Shown one piece after another: positions 20,038 to 29,232 of a stretch of DNA of 64,000 nt; positions within the stretch are counted from its first letter, which is position 1, and each line of letters starts with the position of its first letter. The notes under the pieces were generated by a model. That model had not been told where the DNA came from, made no database searches, and saw only the letters and a program-made list of their open reading frames with translations. The stretch is from the sequence record NC_054921.1; one strand, given 5' to 3'. The position numbers were made by a program, and so were the translations under genes. Source of the DNA: Escherichia phage vB_EcoM_IME537.

Positions 20038-21039
20038 TTACTTAATTAACTGTAAAGCTTGTTCAAGACGATCCAGGCGATTAACAGATTCTTCCCAAAT
20101 CCTTTTAGCCTGCTCATATTCTTTCTGTGCTTTATTAGAAATTTCTAGAACTTCTTTATAAGCTTTTTCTAGTGCAATAACTTCTGGACGAATTTCTACC
20201 GGTTCAAGTGAATCATCAAGACATTCCATTAGTTCCTCAAGGGTAGTTTCTTCTTTAGGAGTATTCACAATTTCATCACATTTTTGTTGGTAAATTTCTT
20301 TATCAGTCGGTGAGTACGCGCACTTTACTTCACGGAGACTAACTACAATTTTATATCCTTCCCAACCGCACATATTCTTAAAAGGATAAGTATGAATATT
20401 TTCTACCGTTTCCATACAAAATAATGCAGTCTCTAATTGACGAGTTATATCACTAGCAATTGAGAAAAATTTATTAATGTTCTTTTGATTAGCTTCTGGT
20501 GTAAAAAATCCATAATTCACAAAAATAGCTGCTTTATTTTTATCAAGTTCATATTCTTTTATGATAATCATGTCAGAAGCCCAAGGATGAATTTGACGAT
20601 AATCACCATAGCATAATTTAGAAGCTGATTTTAGAATTTGCTTTTTGAAAAGTCTGAAATTACTAATCCAACGACGAGTAAAAATATTCTCAGGGTCTTC
20701 TTTATTATTAAGATGATAAGAATTAACATCACCGAACCAATTATATCCTACTACATCTTTGGTTCGTTTAATTTCTTTCCCAAAATTACCAAGAATATCC
20801 TGATTAACTAAATATGAAAGAAGACGAGAACCTTTAAAGGTTTCCTTAATATCACCTTTATCTTCGCGACTAGAAATTTTATGAACTTCATGAATAAATT
20901 TGCTGGAAGAAACAATGCTTACATCAATATTATTGAGCCATTGATTGATAATGGAAATAACGTTATTCTGACTAGACATAGGTTTAACTTTATCATCAAT
21001 AACGCTATTAAATGATTTGATATATTCGTTACGAGTCAT
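20038..21039 (-). CDS. paralog-family protein 2 with C-terminal coiled coil
   Basis: 333 aa from ATG 21039 with SD GAGGAG; shares FRLFKKQILKSASKL-type core. Confidence 0.6.
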   Translation of the reverse strand: MTRNEYIKSFNSVIDDKVKPMSSQNNVISIINQWLNNIDVSIVSSSKFIHEVHKISSREDKGDIKETFKGSRLLSYLVNQDILGNFGKEIKRTKDVVGYNWFGDVNSYHLNNKEDPENIFTRRWISNFRLFKKQILKSASKLCYGDYRQIHPWASDMIIIKEYELDKNKAAIFVNYGFFTPEANQKNINKFFSIASDITRQLETALFCMETVENIHTYPFKNMCGWEGYKIVVSLREVKCAYSPTDKEIYQQKCDEIVNTPKEETTLEELMECLDDSLEPVEIRPEVIALEKAYKEVLEISNKAQKEYEQAKRIWEESVNRLDRLEQALQLIK

Positions 21040-21096
21040 ATTAATCTCCTCAGTAGAAAGTAAGAACATTATACCACATCCTTGTGGTAAAGTAAA

Positions 21097-22119
21097 CTAG
21101 TTCAGTGCATTTAGTGCATTGTTCAGTTTAGAACGTTGCTTCGTGAGATTTTTGACTTTTTCTTGAGCTTTTTCTAGCATCTTTTCAGCTTCTAGCACTT
21201 CATTAGTTGCTTTAACGAGTTCATCATCTACTGCCTTGATAGACTTCTCAATCGCATCTGCATGCCATTTTTCAACAGGTTTAAGACTCGGATTTTCAAT
21301 AGGAAGAAAATTCACTTTATTGAATTTCCATGCATCTTTATTACCTGAACTATACATCCAAAATTTAGGATCGTTTGATGAGTAATTGGATAAATTTAAG
21401 TTATCTTGCACTTCCTGCTTTTTCTCTTGTGTGACTTCGTCCTTTCTCAAAAAATCGTATTTAAATGAAACGATCATATCAAGTTCATATGTTGTTGTAT
21501 GTTCCCAATTTCGCTCAAAATGAGGTAAAATCTTAGACTGAACAGCGGCAACAACATCCATATACTTAAATGCTTCTGTTAACTGCGATTTAAGGCATTC
21601 ACAAATTGAAAGAGAATTTTTTGTATTAGGTTTAAAGCTAATTCGTGCAGTTCTATTATTTTCTTTTAATGGTCTTACTTCCATCTGAAGAGTATAACCA
21701 TCAAATTTCAGATTCTTTAAGTTAATATCAGAACCTTTTAATCGACTCGCAGTTGATAAAATTTGTTTTAATTGTTTACGGAATAGAGCAATAAATCTCC
21801 ATTCAATACGATAATGATTTGGATTGAAAAATCCAGATGATAAATCGACCTTACTTTGACCGACGCCTTGAACAAATAGAGGATTTTTATAATCAATAGT
21901 TTTACAGAAATCGGTGAGCTGCTCACGAGCCGTCATTTGCGTAATATACCCTGCTTCGCTAAAATTACGCACCCATTCACCGCTATTCGTATACTTAAAG
22001 TGATGAATAACACGATTAACTTTATCAGGGTCTAAATTATTTTCACACAAAAATGTCATAACATCACGGGTATAGCTGGCATTACGAACCATATCTTCAA
22101 TTTGAGAACGAGTTTTCAT
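21097..22119 (-). CDS. paralog-family protein 3 with C-terminal coiled coil
   Basis: 340 aa; SD AAGGAA; core FRKQLKQILSTASRL. Confidence 0.6.
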   Translation of the reverse strand: MKTRSQIEDMVRNASYTRDVMTFLCENNLDPDKVNRVIHHFKYTNSGEWVRNFSEAGYITQMTAREQLTDFCKTIDYKNPLFVQGVGQSKVDLSSGFFNPNHYRIEWRFIALFRKQLKQILSTASRLKGSDINLKNLKFDGYTLQMEVRPLKENNRTARISFKPNTKNSLSICECLKSQLTEAFKYMDVVAAVQSKILPHFERNWEHTTTYELDMIVSFKYDFLRKDEVTQEKKQEVQDNLNLSNYSSNDPKFWMYSSGNKDAWKFNKVNFLPIENPSLKPVEKWHADAIEKSIKAVDDELVKATNEVLEAEKMLEKAQEKVKNLTKQRSKLNNALNALN

Positions 22120-22127
22120 GGTGTTCC

Positions 22128-23015
22128 TTAAGATTTAAGTAAATCAACAATTTTAATTAACTTTTCACGCTCAGATTTAGCTTTACTACTCAATCCAGAT
22201 AGTCTGAAAATTTCATCATCATATTGCTGAATAGAAATATTTAGCTCTTCAATTTGCTTATTAAAATAATCAATTTGTTCAGAATGTTTTTCGTTACTAC
22301 GAACTGGTACAGGTTTTGTAGGCAATTTAGTTGAACTGGATTCATCCGGGCGATAAATTAAAATACAACTTGAACCAATCGGACATTTAGCACCAGACAC
22401 ATATTCTAATGTTCCGGCTTCTTTTAAAACTTCAAAAGCTAAACAGAGATGATGACCCATATTGGCATAATCTGTAGAGTGAGCTCTGATGTAATAATCA
22501 TCTCCACGAGTACTAAATTTAAAGCATTTAAGGTCTTCTGTATTATTGGTCTTAAAAATCATTTGTTTATCTAGACCTTTAGCTAATCGAGCGCCTAATG
22601 CTAATAATCGTCGTTGATTTTTCCACAAATCCGCAATCATTTGATCGAATGATAATTTTGGCATTAGTCGACCATAAAGGTCATATCCTTTATTATAATT
22701 ACGAAGGATTTCACTCGCATTAATGCGAGACAACGCTCCAATTTTATTAAGGGCTTTCATAATGCGTTTAGATAAAAGCATTCCAGACCCGTTTGGTCGC
22801 TGTAAATGTTTTTCTAATCCAAATCCAATATCAACTTTAAACTTATCTAAAATTTCGGCATGAACATCTTTATCAATAACATTCAAATCCAAAGTTGGGT
22901 TAAATCTATGAAAAAATTTATCTGGCTCTCCACGACGAAGTACAGTCCATTCATTTGATTTTTTATTAACTAAAGATTTAATTACTGCATTGACATTATT
23001 AATTGCTACTGACAT
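22128..23015 (-). CDS. paralog-family protein 4 with C-terminal coiled coil
   Basis: 295 aa from ATG 23015 with SD GAGGAA; core NQRRLLALGARLAKG. Confidence 0.55.
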   Translation of the reverse strand: MSVAINNVNAVIKSLVNKKSNEWTVLRRGEPDKFFHRFNPTLDLNVIDKDVHAEILDKFKVDIGFGLEKHLQRPNGSGMLLSKRIMKALNKIGALSRINASEILRNYNKGYDLYGRLMPKLSFDQMIADLWKNQRRLLALGARLAKGLDKQMIFKTNNTEDLKCFKFSTRGDDYYIRAHSTDYANMGHHLCLAFEVLKEAGTLEYVSGAKCPIGSSCILIYRPDESSSTKLPTKPVPVRSNEKHSEQIDYFNKQIEELNISIQQYDDEIFRLSGLSSKAKSEREKLIKIVDLLKS

Positions 23016-23022
23016 ATTTTCC

Positions 23023-23430
23023 TCACTCAATTTCAATTTTACTAAATACACAGAATATGATTGAACAGACTACATAAGCACCGCACACAGATTGAACTAA
23101 TACCATCCCAAAGAACCAAACAATATTATCAAACAGTGTCTGTTTTACGTCGAAAGGACGTAAACTTACAGTAATATTATCACCTTTTTCTATTGAAGAA
23201 TACATCTCTGGGGAAATATATTCACTAAATCTATAACCGTCTTTGAGTTCATATACAGCAATAAACGATAAACTAGACCCTTTTCCTTGTGTTCCTGTAA
23301 TGGTATTAACTACAGTAACATCATAATCTTTATAATGCATATAATCATTAATTGCGTAATAACCGTATGCAATTGCTATACATAAACAACATATCAATAA
23401 ATTCAATCTTTTAATTATCAACTGTTTCAT
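23023..23430 (-). CDS. membrane protein
   Basis: 135 aa; hydrophobic N-terminal and C-terminal segments. Confidence 0.5.
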   Translation of the reverse strand: MKQLIIKRLNLLICCLCIAIAYGYYAINDYMHYKDYDVTVVNTITGTQGKGSSLSFIAVYELKDGYRFSEYISPEMYSSIEKGDNITVSLRPFDVKQTLFDNIVWFFGMVLVQSVCGAYVVCSIIFCVFSKIEIE

Positions 23431-23485
23431 AATAATCTCAATTAAAAGGGCTTAGAACCATTATACCATCCTTGGTATAAAGCAG

Positions 23486-24013
23486 TTATGCGAGTACCGT
23501 CTTTAACCGTTCTTCAAACTTCCGAAGAGTATTTTGGCGTTCAGCTCTTTGCTTTTTGTAAGTTTCAATACGCTCTGAAATGAGAGTGTATCGTTCATTT
23601 ACTGATTCTTTCATAAAATCAGGAATTTCACGAGAAGCTTTAATCTCGTCAAATTTATCAATAACAGCTTGCTCTTCAGCAATTAAGTTATCATACATTA
23701 AAATATCTTTCTTGATGAACTCAATATCTTCTTGAGTTACACGAGATAATTTAGATGCTTTATCCTTTTTGTACTGTTCGTTAGTATCACGAGACCAGTG
23801 TAATGTACGATTTTTATTCGTATTTTTGTAAATTTCTACAATACCGATCTCATCAATAATAACGATCCAATTCCAACGGGATTTGTAAATTTGTCCTCCA
23901 TCAACAATGATTTCACCTCCGATTGAGATGTCGTTAAAGAACTTGCTTTGTGCTTCAGATTTAAATTTACCATCGTTGTAATTTACCAGGTTGAAAATAT
24001 CTTTAGCGTTCAT
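23486..24013 (-). CDS. hypothetical protein
   Basis: 175 aa; early promoter directly upstream. Confidence 0.5.
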   Translation of the reverse strand: MNAKDIFNLVNYNDGKFKSEAQSKFFNDISIGGEIIVDGGQIYKSRWNWIVIIDEIGIVEIYKNTNKNRTLHWSRDTNEQYKKDKASKLSRVTQEDIEFIKKDILMYDNLIAEEQAVIDKFDEIKASREIPDFMKESVNERYTLISERIETYKKQRAERQNTLRKFEERLKTVLA

Positions 24014-24041
24014 TTTCTGTTCCTCCGTAGTTGATAGTTGT

Positions 24042-24071
24042 ATAGTACCACAGAGGAACAGTCTTGTAAAC
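24042..24071 (-). promoter_or_regulatory. sigma70-type early promoter (-35 GTTTACA, -10 TACTAT with TG extension)
   Basis: transcript strand GTTTACAAGACTGTTCCTCTGTGGTACTAT. Confidence 0.55.
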
Positions 24072-24073
24072 CA

Positions 24074-24388
24074 CTAAAAGAAACTTCTTTCACAATTTTT
24101 TCCACTGAACCATGCGCTCACTGCTTTCTTAGTCTCAGGAGCAGTGTTATCCATAAACCATTCAAAGGCAGCCTTTTTATGATTCTGGAGGGCTTCTCGG
24201 GCTTTAATCTGCTCACGGTCTATTAACACTAACATATGAGCCTTTCTTGTCACCATGGGCTTCTTATGATTTTTTGAATACTCCCAGTCATTTGTCCATC
24301 GCATTGTCGTTGCGAACTGAAATACTGCTTCTTTAATTTTAGTTTCGTAAATTTCACGAGCCTTTGAGTATAACATCACTACCTCCAT
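24074..24388 (-). CDS. hypothetical protein
   Basis: 104-aa ORF, ATG start. Confidence 0.45.
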   Translation of the reverse strand: MEVVMLYSKAREIYETKIKEAVFQFATTMRWTNDWEYSKNHKKPMVTRKAHMLVLIDREQIKAREALQNHKKAAFEWFMDNTAPETKKAVSAWFSGKNCERSFF

Positions 24389-24458
24389 TCACCAGTTTAA
24401 TTCTAGTCATCTTTTTAATGGCAGTCCATATAATCTATTTCTGAACTGCCTTTTTGTC

Positions 24459-25178
24459 TTAGGATTCTTCTAAATGTCTTTTCTGAAAAGTTGATACCAT
24501 ACTACGATACGGTTCATTTGGATATCCGTGTTTTATAGCTTCCTTTGTAAATTTTCTCCATCCATATTTAGTTTCTTTCCAAAGCTCGAATAATTCATCT
24601 TCATACTGCCATATAGTTAAATGAGAACGCTTTGCAGCTTTAATTCCATTAATATGCTTTTCTTTTACTGCAGGATTGCTTAGTTTCTTTTTAATAATAT
24701 TACTAACTTTTCTAACAAAAACTGGGTCCTTATATCGTTGCGAAGTTTTTATTGAAGTGTTTAATTTAGCTTCCGGCGTGGATGTAACCTCTTTCATCTT
24801 TTTCTTCATATGCTGTATATGATTAGGATTTTTCCATAAATTTATAGAATGCTTTTTGCATTTTATCCTAGTTTCATCTGCAACCTTTCCTCCTTCACCC
24901 CCGTATGACAGGTTAACACAGTTTTTTCCATATTTCAATTTACCTGCCATGATATATAATATTTCAGCTTGTACCATTTTATCATAATTATCAAAAACTT
25001 CTAAAACCGTTTTTGATAATATGTGGTCATTTGACACTTTTACACGTTCTATATAATTTCCACTACCAACATACGAATCATTGATGTTATTAGTTATATG
25101 TCGACCATAATAGTATTTCTTAATACCTGTCTTTAAATTTAATATTTCAGTTTTATAGATAGTAAAATATTTTTTCAT
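24459..25178 (-). CDS. free-standing Seg-family GIY-YIG homing endonuclease
   Basis: 239 aa; N-terminal GIY-YIG-like motifs and GGEGG, as in the segB product in this window. Confidence 0.65.
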   Translation of the reverse strand: MKKYFTIYKTEILNLKTGIKKYYYGRHITNNINDSYVGSGNYIERVKVSNDHILSKTVLEVFDNYDKMVQAEILYIMAGKLKYGKNCVNLSYGGEGGKVADETRIKCKKHSINLWKNPNHIQHMKKKMKEVTSTPEAKLNTSIKTSQRYKDPVFVRKVSNIIKKKLSNPAVKEKHINGIKAAKRSHLTIWQYEDELFELWKETKYGWRKFTKEAIKHGYPNEPYRSMVSTFQKRHLEES

Positions 25179-26143
25179 TTTAATAATACCGTTTCAGCAA
25201 TTTCTTCCCAACCGTTTTTATCGGTCATAATAAAGTCAGCAAGATAAAGAGCAGTACGCAGTGAAACATTGCGTAAACGATTAACATTGACTTTCATCCA
25301 TGATAATGCTTTATAAGTTTCTTCATCAGAAAGACCGCGCTTTTGCATCATGTCGGTTGAAAGAATAACATCTTCAACCCTGACCATAATTTCTTCATTA
25401 GTGTGAACACCCAAATCCAAATAAACTGAGCGGGATACTAATGCTTGTAAATGTGGAGCAAGTTTAGTACCACGGTCTAATTCGCGGTCAATGTCAACGT
25501 TTGTGATAAAAACAATCGTTCCTTTAAATTCAAACTCACGCTCAATGCCTTTTTCTTCTAAGTAAGAAGATGCAGTGCTCCAGCAGACTTTACGGGTCTC
25601 TCCAGTGTCCAGAGCGGCTTTTAGAAGATTAAGAATGTCCATATCAGAGAAAACATCCACATCATCAATCAAAAGGACAGAATTCTCTTCACGATTATTC
25701 CAAAGTTGTTCATAAAGACCGATACCGGAGATTTTACCGTTAATGCTTTTATATTCAATGTATCCATTATCATTTGCTTTATTCAAAGCTTTATCTAAAG
25801 AATACGTTTTACCAATACCTGCTGCACCAGAGATAATTAATGAACGAATGTTTCCGTTAATAATACCATTCGTCATCATTCCCATAACATTAAATCTTTT
25901 ATTAATGCGGGTTTTCATATCTTCATATGATTCTTTAACTTCTTCAACTTTTACACCATCATATGAAATGTCTGATTTGTAAACCCAAACACCGCGACGT
26001 TTACCGTCAATTTCAACAAAAACTTTACCATCTCCTTGTGCATCTACCGGAGCATTATCTGGGAACCATTCACCTAAGAGCTCAAAAGTTCCAGAGATTT
26101 CTTTACCGAAGTAGATACCCTTATTGATAGTTACAGTTTTCAT
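25175..26143 (-). CDS. P-loop NTPase (AAA-like)
   Basis: Walker A GAAGIGKT, Walker B VLLIDDVD; start set to ATG 26143 with SD GGAGA. Confidence 0.6.
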   Translation of the reverse strand: MKTVTINKGIYFGKEISGTFELLGEWFPDNAPVDAQGDGKVFVEIDGKRRGVWVYKSDISYDGVKVEEVKESYEDMKTRINKRFNVMGMMTNGIINGNIRSLIISGAAGIGKTYSLDKALNKANDNGYIEYKSINGKISGIGLYEQLWNNREENSVLLIDDVDVFSDMDILNLLKAALDTGETRKVCWSTASSYLEEKGIEREFEFKGTIVFITNVDIDRELDRGTKLAPHLQALVSRSVYLDLGVHTNEEIMVRVEDVILSTDMMQKRGLSDEETYKALSWMKVNVNRLRNVSLRTALYLADFIMTDKNGWEEIAETVLLK

Positions 26144-26179
26144 TTTATTCTCCAATTTTACATTTGTTTTGATAGGGTA

Positions 26180-26209
26180 ATAGTATCACACTACTACCCT
26201 GCTGTAAAC
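26180..26209 (-). promoter_or_regulatory. sigma70-type early promoter within an inverted repeat
   Basis: GTTTACA-N17-TACTAT; flanked by GATAGGGTA / TACCCTGC. Confidence 0.5.
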
Positions 26210-26212
26210 AAT

Positions 26213-26476
26213 TTATTTTAATGTTCGCCAAATTTTTACTGCTTCGCGACGAGATACTTCTACAGCTCCAAGTTCTACAGCTTTTTGGCGTCGCCGAGCG
26301 TGTAAGTCATAATGTTTAATGCGTTTATCTTGAAACCAAGAACGTTTCATTCCTATTGCTTCTGCCATTTCGTGAAGCTCTTCAATATCTCCATCAGTGA
26401 ACATATGACAATTTTTAGTTGGATGACCGCGAAGTTTCCATCCATGATTCATTAAAACATCTACGTAAACTGTCAT
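26213..26476 (-). CDS. small conserved protein, DUF4031-like (recalled motif only)
   Basis: 87 aa; GWKLRGH...EELHxxAxxIG...WFQ...HYDL pattern. Confidence 0.45.
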   Translation of the reverse strand: MTVYVDVLMNHGWKLRGHPTKNCHMFTDGDIEELHEMAEAIGMKRSWFQDKRIKHYDLHARRRQKAVELGAVEVSRREAVKIWRTLK

Positions 26477-26622
26477 TGATTCTTCTCCAAATAAGTTTCG
26501 ATAATTTTCTGAGCGAGATAAACTGCATTATCTTCAGTTGCATCTTCTAAGAAACTTTCAAAACACTCTGAAATTTCTTCTGTGTCAATCAACTTTTTTA
26601 CTTCAATTGGTGTAATTTTCAT
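26473..26622 (-). CDS. small acidic hypothetical protein
   Basis: 49 aa from ATG 26622; the track's N-terminal extension spans a hairpin. Confidence 0.3.
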   Translation of the reverse strand: MKITPIEVKKLIDTEEISECFESFLEDATEDNAVYLAQKIIETYLEKNQ

Positions 26623-26687
26623 TTTGTTTTTCCGTTTAAGTGTTTGTTTTGATAGTTGTATAGTACCATAAGCCCGAAGGCTCCCTA

Positions 26688-27701
26688 TCATTTATAATAA
26701 CTTCGGTGGTTTTCAAGATAGACCTTCTCAAGGAAGTCATCCCAGAAACTCATGTCTACTGTTTTAGGCATACCGTTCTTAGAAGCTTCAGTAGATGCTG
26801 CTTCTACTTGATCGACCACATCTTCCAAAAACTCTTGAACCGTTTTAAATGGATGTTTACCCAACTTCACGTCAAGAATAAATGGAGCGTCTTGAAGTGG
26901 ATAAACCAAGTCACCAGTTTTGTAAATTTCCAATAGTTGAAGTCCACCACGACAAGCATGGCTCAGAGCTTTCCAGTCAATACCTTCGTTGGCTTCGGCC
27001 TTACGGGCACGTTCACCATATTCAGCATCTAATTTGTTCAGTGACTGCTTAAGCTCAATAAGAGAAAGCGTTGTCTGATATTTACGACCCAACACAGTGT
27101 AGAACATTTGCGGGCCTGTTTTCTCATAATTATGGAACACCCATTCACAGAACTCGTTTTCTGGAAGACGATGCTTAATATCTTCAACTTTAGTGCGACG
27201 AAGTCTATCAGGGATTCCTTCTTGATAGTCGACCCACTGGTCAGGGATTTGATTAACTACTTTCAATACATCACGTAATGCGGCCAAACGAGAACCCTTG
27301 ACACCGTATTTAGAAGCTTGCTTACGGACATATCCTAAATAGGATTTCATGTTAGTCGTATAAAAACGAGAACGGTTGTCTTGAATAAACTTCCACACAT
27401 CAGGCAAATCAGATTTAACCACTAGCTCAGGTGGAGTGTGAAGCATATCTAATGCTACAGTTTCACCATCTGCTGCTAATTTAAAGAAATACTTAAGACT
27501 GTATAGTTCATGGTCAATATCATCTTTAGTGTTTTTAGATGATGTGTTGTTAGTGTTTTTACTCATGTGCTCTTTAACGTTTCCAATAAGAATATCACGA
27601 GCAGGAGGAACAAAGATTTCTTTAAAATCTACATCAGATTCTGGTGTAGAAGTTCCATAAAGATGACTACCAAAATAACTTTTCATTACTGTTTTCATCA
27701 T
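26688..27701 (-). CDS. Pol-beta-superfamily nucleotidyltransferase, specificity unknown
   Basis: 337 aa; N-terminal GS-x10-DVD motif (GSHLYGTSTPESDVDF) and a downstream acidic residue (ALDMLH). Confidence 0.55.
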   Translation of the reverse strand: MMKTVMKSYFGSHLYGTSTPESDVDFKEIFVPPARDILIGNVKEHMSKNTNNTSSKNTKDDIDHELYSLKYFFKLAADGETVALDMLHTPPELVVKSDLPDVWKFIQDNRSRFYTTNMKSYLGYVRKQASKYGVKGSRLAALRDVLKVVNQIPDQWVDYQEGIPDRLRRTKVEDIKHRLPENEFCEWVFHNYEKTGPQMFYTVLGRKYQTTLSLIELKQSLNKLDAEYGERARKAEANEGIDWKALSHACRGGLQLLEIYKTGDLVYPLQDAPFILDVKLGKHPFKTVQEFLEDVVDQVEAASTEASKNGMPKTVDMSFWDDFLEKVYLENHRSYYK

Positions 27702-28159
27702 TCAGCCTTATATTCAATAACAGGACACACTTTAGCTTTACGAGCTTTTAAAAATTCAACGATAATCGATTTCTTGGGTTGAATAGGAGGTAAACCTTTA
27801 TACGCCCTATCAATGTTTTCTACGTGTAAAGCATAATCCTTTTTCCATTTATAATCTTTATATTTTTCACGCAAATGTGCAGGAATAACAAATGAACCGA
27901 TAATAAGTAAAACAACAAAAAGCGCAAGTATAAATGCCGATGGAAGAAGAATCCATAAACTACCGAAAATAAGCCAACGTTGTAGGCTTTCTGCACAAAT
28001 AATTGTTAGCCCTACGAGTATAGCACATCCAAAAATAGAAACGAAAAATGTAGGAATGGCAATAGACCAAAAATATGCGCATAGTGTCTTAGGTCGTTGC
28101 CATTCATCGTTAAACAATTTGAATAATTTATAGTGCCAAGAGTTTTCATTAATAATCAT
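27698..28159 (-). CDS. membrane protein
   Basis: 153 aa; 3-4 predicted transmembrane helices. Confidence 0.5.
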   Translation of the reverse strand: MIINENSWHYKLFKLFNDEWQRPKTLCAYFWSIAIPTFFVSIFGCAILVGLTIICAESLQRWLIFGSLWILLPSAFILALFVVLLIIGSFVIPAHLREKYKDYKWKKDYALHVENIDRAYKGLPPIQPKKSIIVEFLKARKAKVCPVIEYKAE

Positions 28160-28161
28160 AA

Positions 28162-28683
28162 TTATCCTTTCATTGAAGGTGTAACAGTTGTTAAATACTT
28201 AATCATAGCCTCAGCTTCTGATTTTGATAATGAAATTTCTCCATTGTTTTGACGAATAGAAATAAAATCCGGATGACGGTCACCACCAGCTTTTAAAACA
28301 CACATATAAGTATCAGTTTCATCTTCAATATTTGAAATGATTGAAGCAGTTCCACATGAATGCGGTTTTTGATAAATCAATACAGCTTTTCTTCCGCCAT
28401 TTGACTGTTCATAAACTTTTAATACATCAAACAAATCACTTCTTTTATCAATAGCTAAAATGTTATTTTCATCTTCAATGTTAAATCCTTCGGATACTTC
28501 ATAAAGTGTCACCCATAAATCGCCAATATCAATAACAGCGTTCACTTTTCCATGACTTTCAAGAGCATGACAAATTTTCTTGATTTCGTCATAACTCATT
28601 TTAATAATATCATCTCCTTGACTAAGAAAGATGTCATTTTTAAATTCAACACGAATTAAACCGCTTCCACTTGAAATAAACAT
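28162..28683 (-). CDS. hypothetical protein, intact member of a two-gene paralog pair
   Basis: 173 aa; GFNIE motif; C-terminal domain homologous to the out-of-frame region upstream. Confidence 0.5.
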   Translation of the reverse strand: MFISSGSGLIRVEFKNDIFLSQGDDIIKMSYDEIKKICHALESHGKVNAVIDIGDLWVTLYEVSEGFNIEDENNILAIDKRSDLFDVLKVYEQSNGGRKAVLIYQKPHSCGTASIISNIEDETDTYMCVLKAGGDRHPDFISIRQNNGEISLSKSEAEAMIKYLTTVTPSMKG

Positions 28684-29231
28684 ATTTCCTCACTTTGAAA
28701 TCATAGTTGGAATAACAGAATCAAGATAAGTCTTTAGCGCAATAGCTTCGTCTTTGGTAAATGTGACAATATGTGCTCGAGAATCATCAATTTGACGAAT
28801 AGTTAAGACATCTCCTTCTTCATAGCATTTTGATACATTTAAAACAGTTTCATCATTCTGATCGCACTGATCGCAAGCGTTAGTAATAATAGCATTGCAA
28901 TTTTAAGCCATTTTAAACTATGTTTTCTTTCATTAGAATAATAAAAATATTTAATGTAAGTTATAAAATTATCCCAATTATTAATTGATAAGCATATTGA
29001 CTCGCTTTCAATGTTAAATCCTGGGCATAAAGAATAGAAATGAATTTTATGCTCATCATTAATGCTTACAATTTTATCAGTATAAGGATATTCAATTTGG
29101 GTTAAATGAATGATTTCACTAGGCGTAAAATATAGCATATCGTCTTCTTGCGTCAAACGATACATGTTATTTACTTTTTCTATAGCCAATTCACCAAAAA
29201 GCGGACTAACTTCTAGTACTAATCGTTTCAT
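28684..29231 (-). pseudogene. frameshifted paralog of 28162..28683
   Basis: ORF 28839..29231 carries the GFNIE N-domain; the homologous C-domain is encoded in a different frame at 28684..28838 with no start codon. Confidence 0.45.
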
Positions 29232-29232
29232 A

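Noticed and set aside
26623-26691. N-terminal extension of the 72-aa ORF 26473..26691
   Set aside because: The extension spans an intercistronic hairpin and promoter-like core; the ATG at 26622 is the more plausible start.
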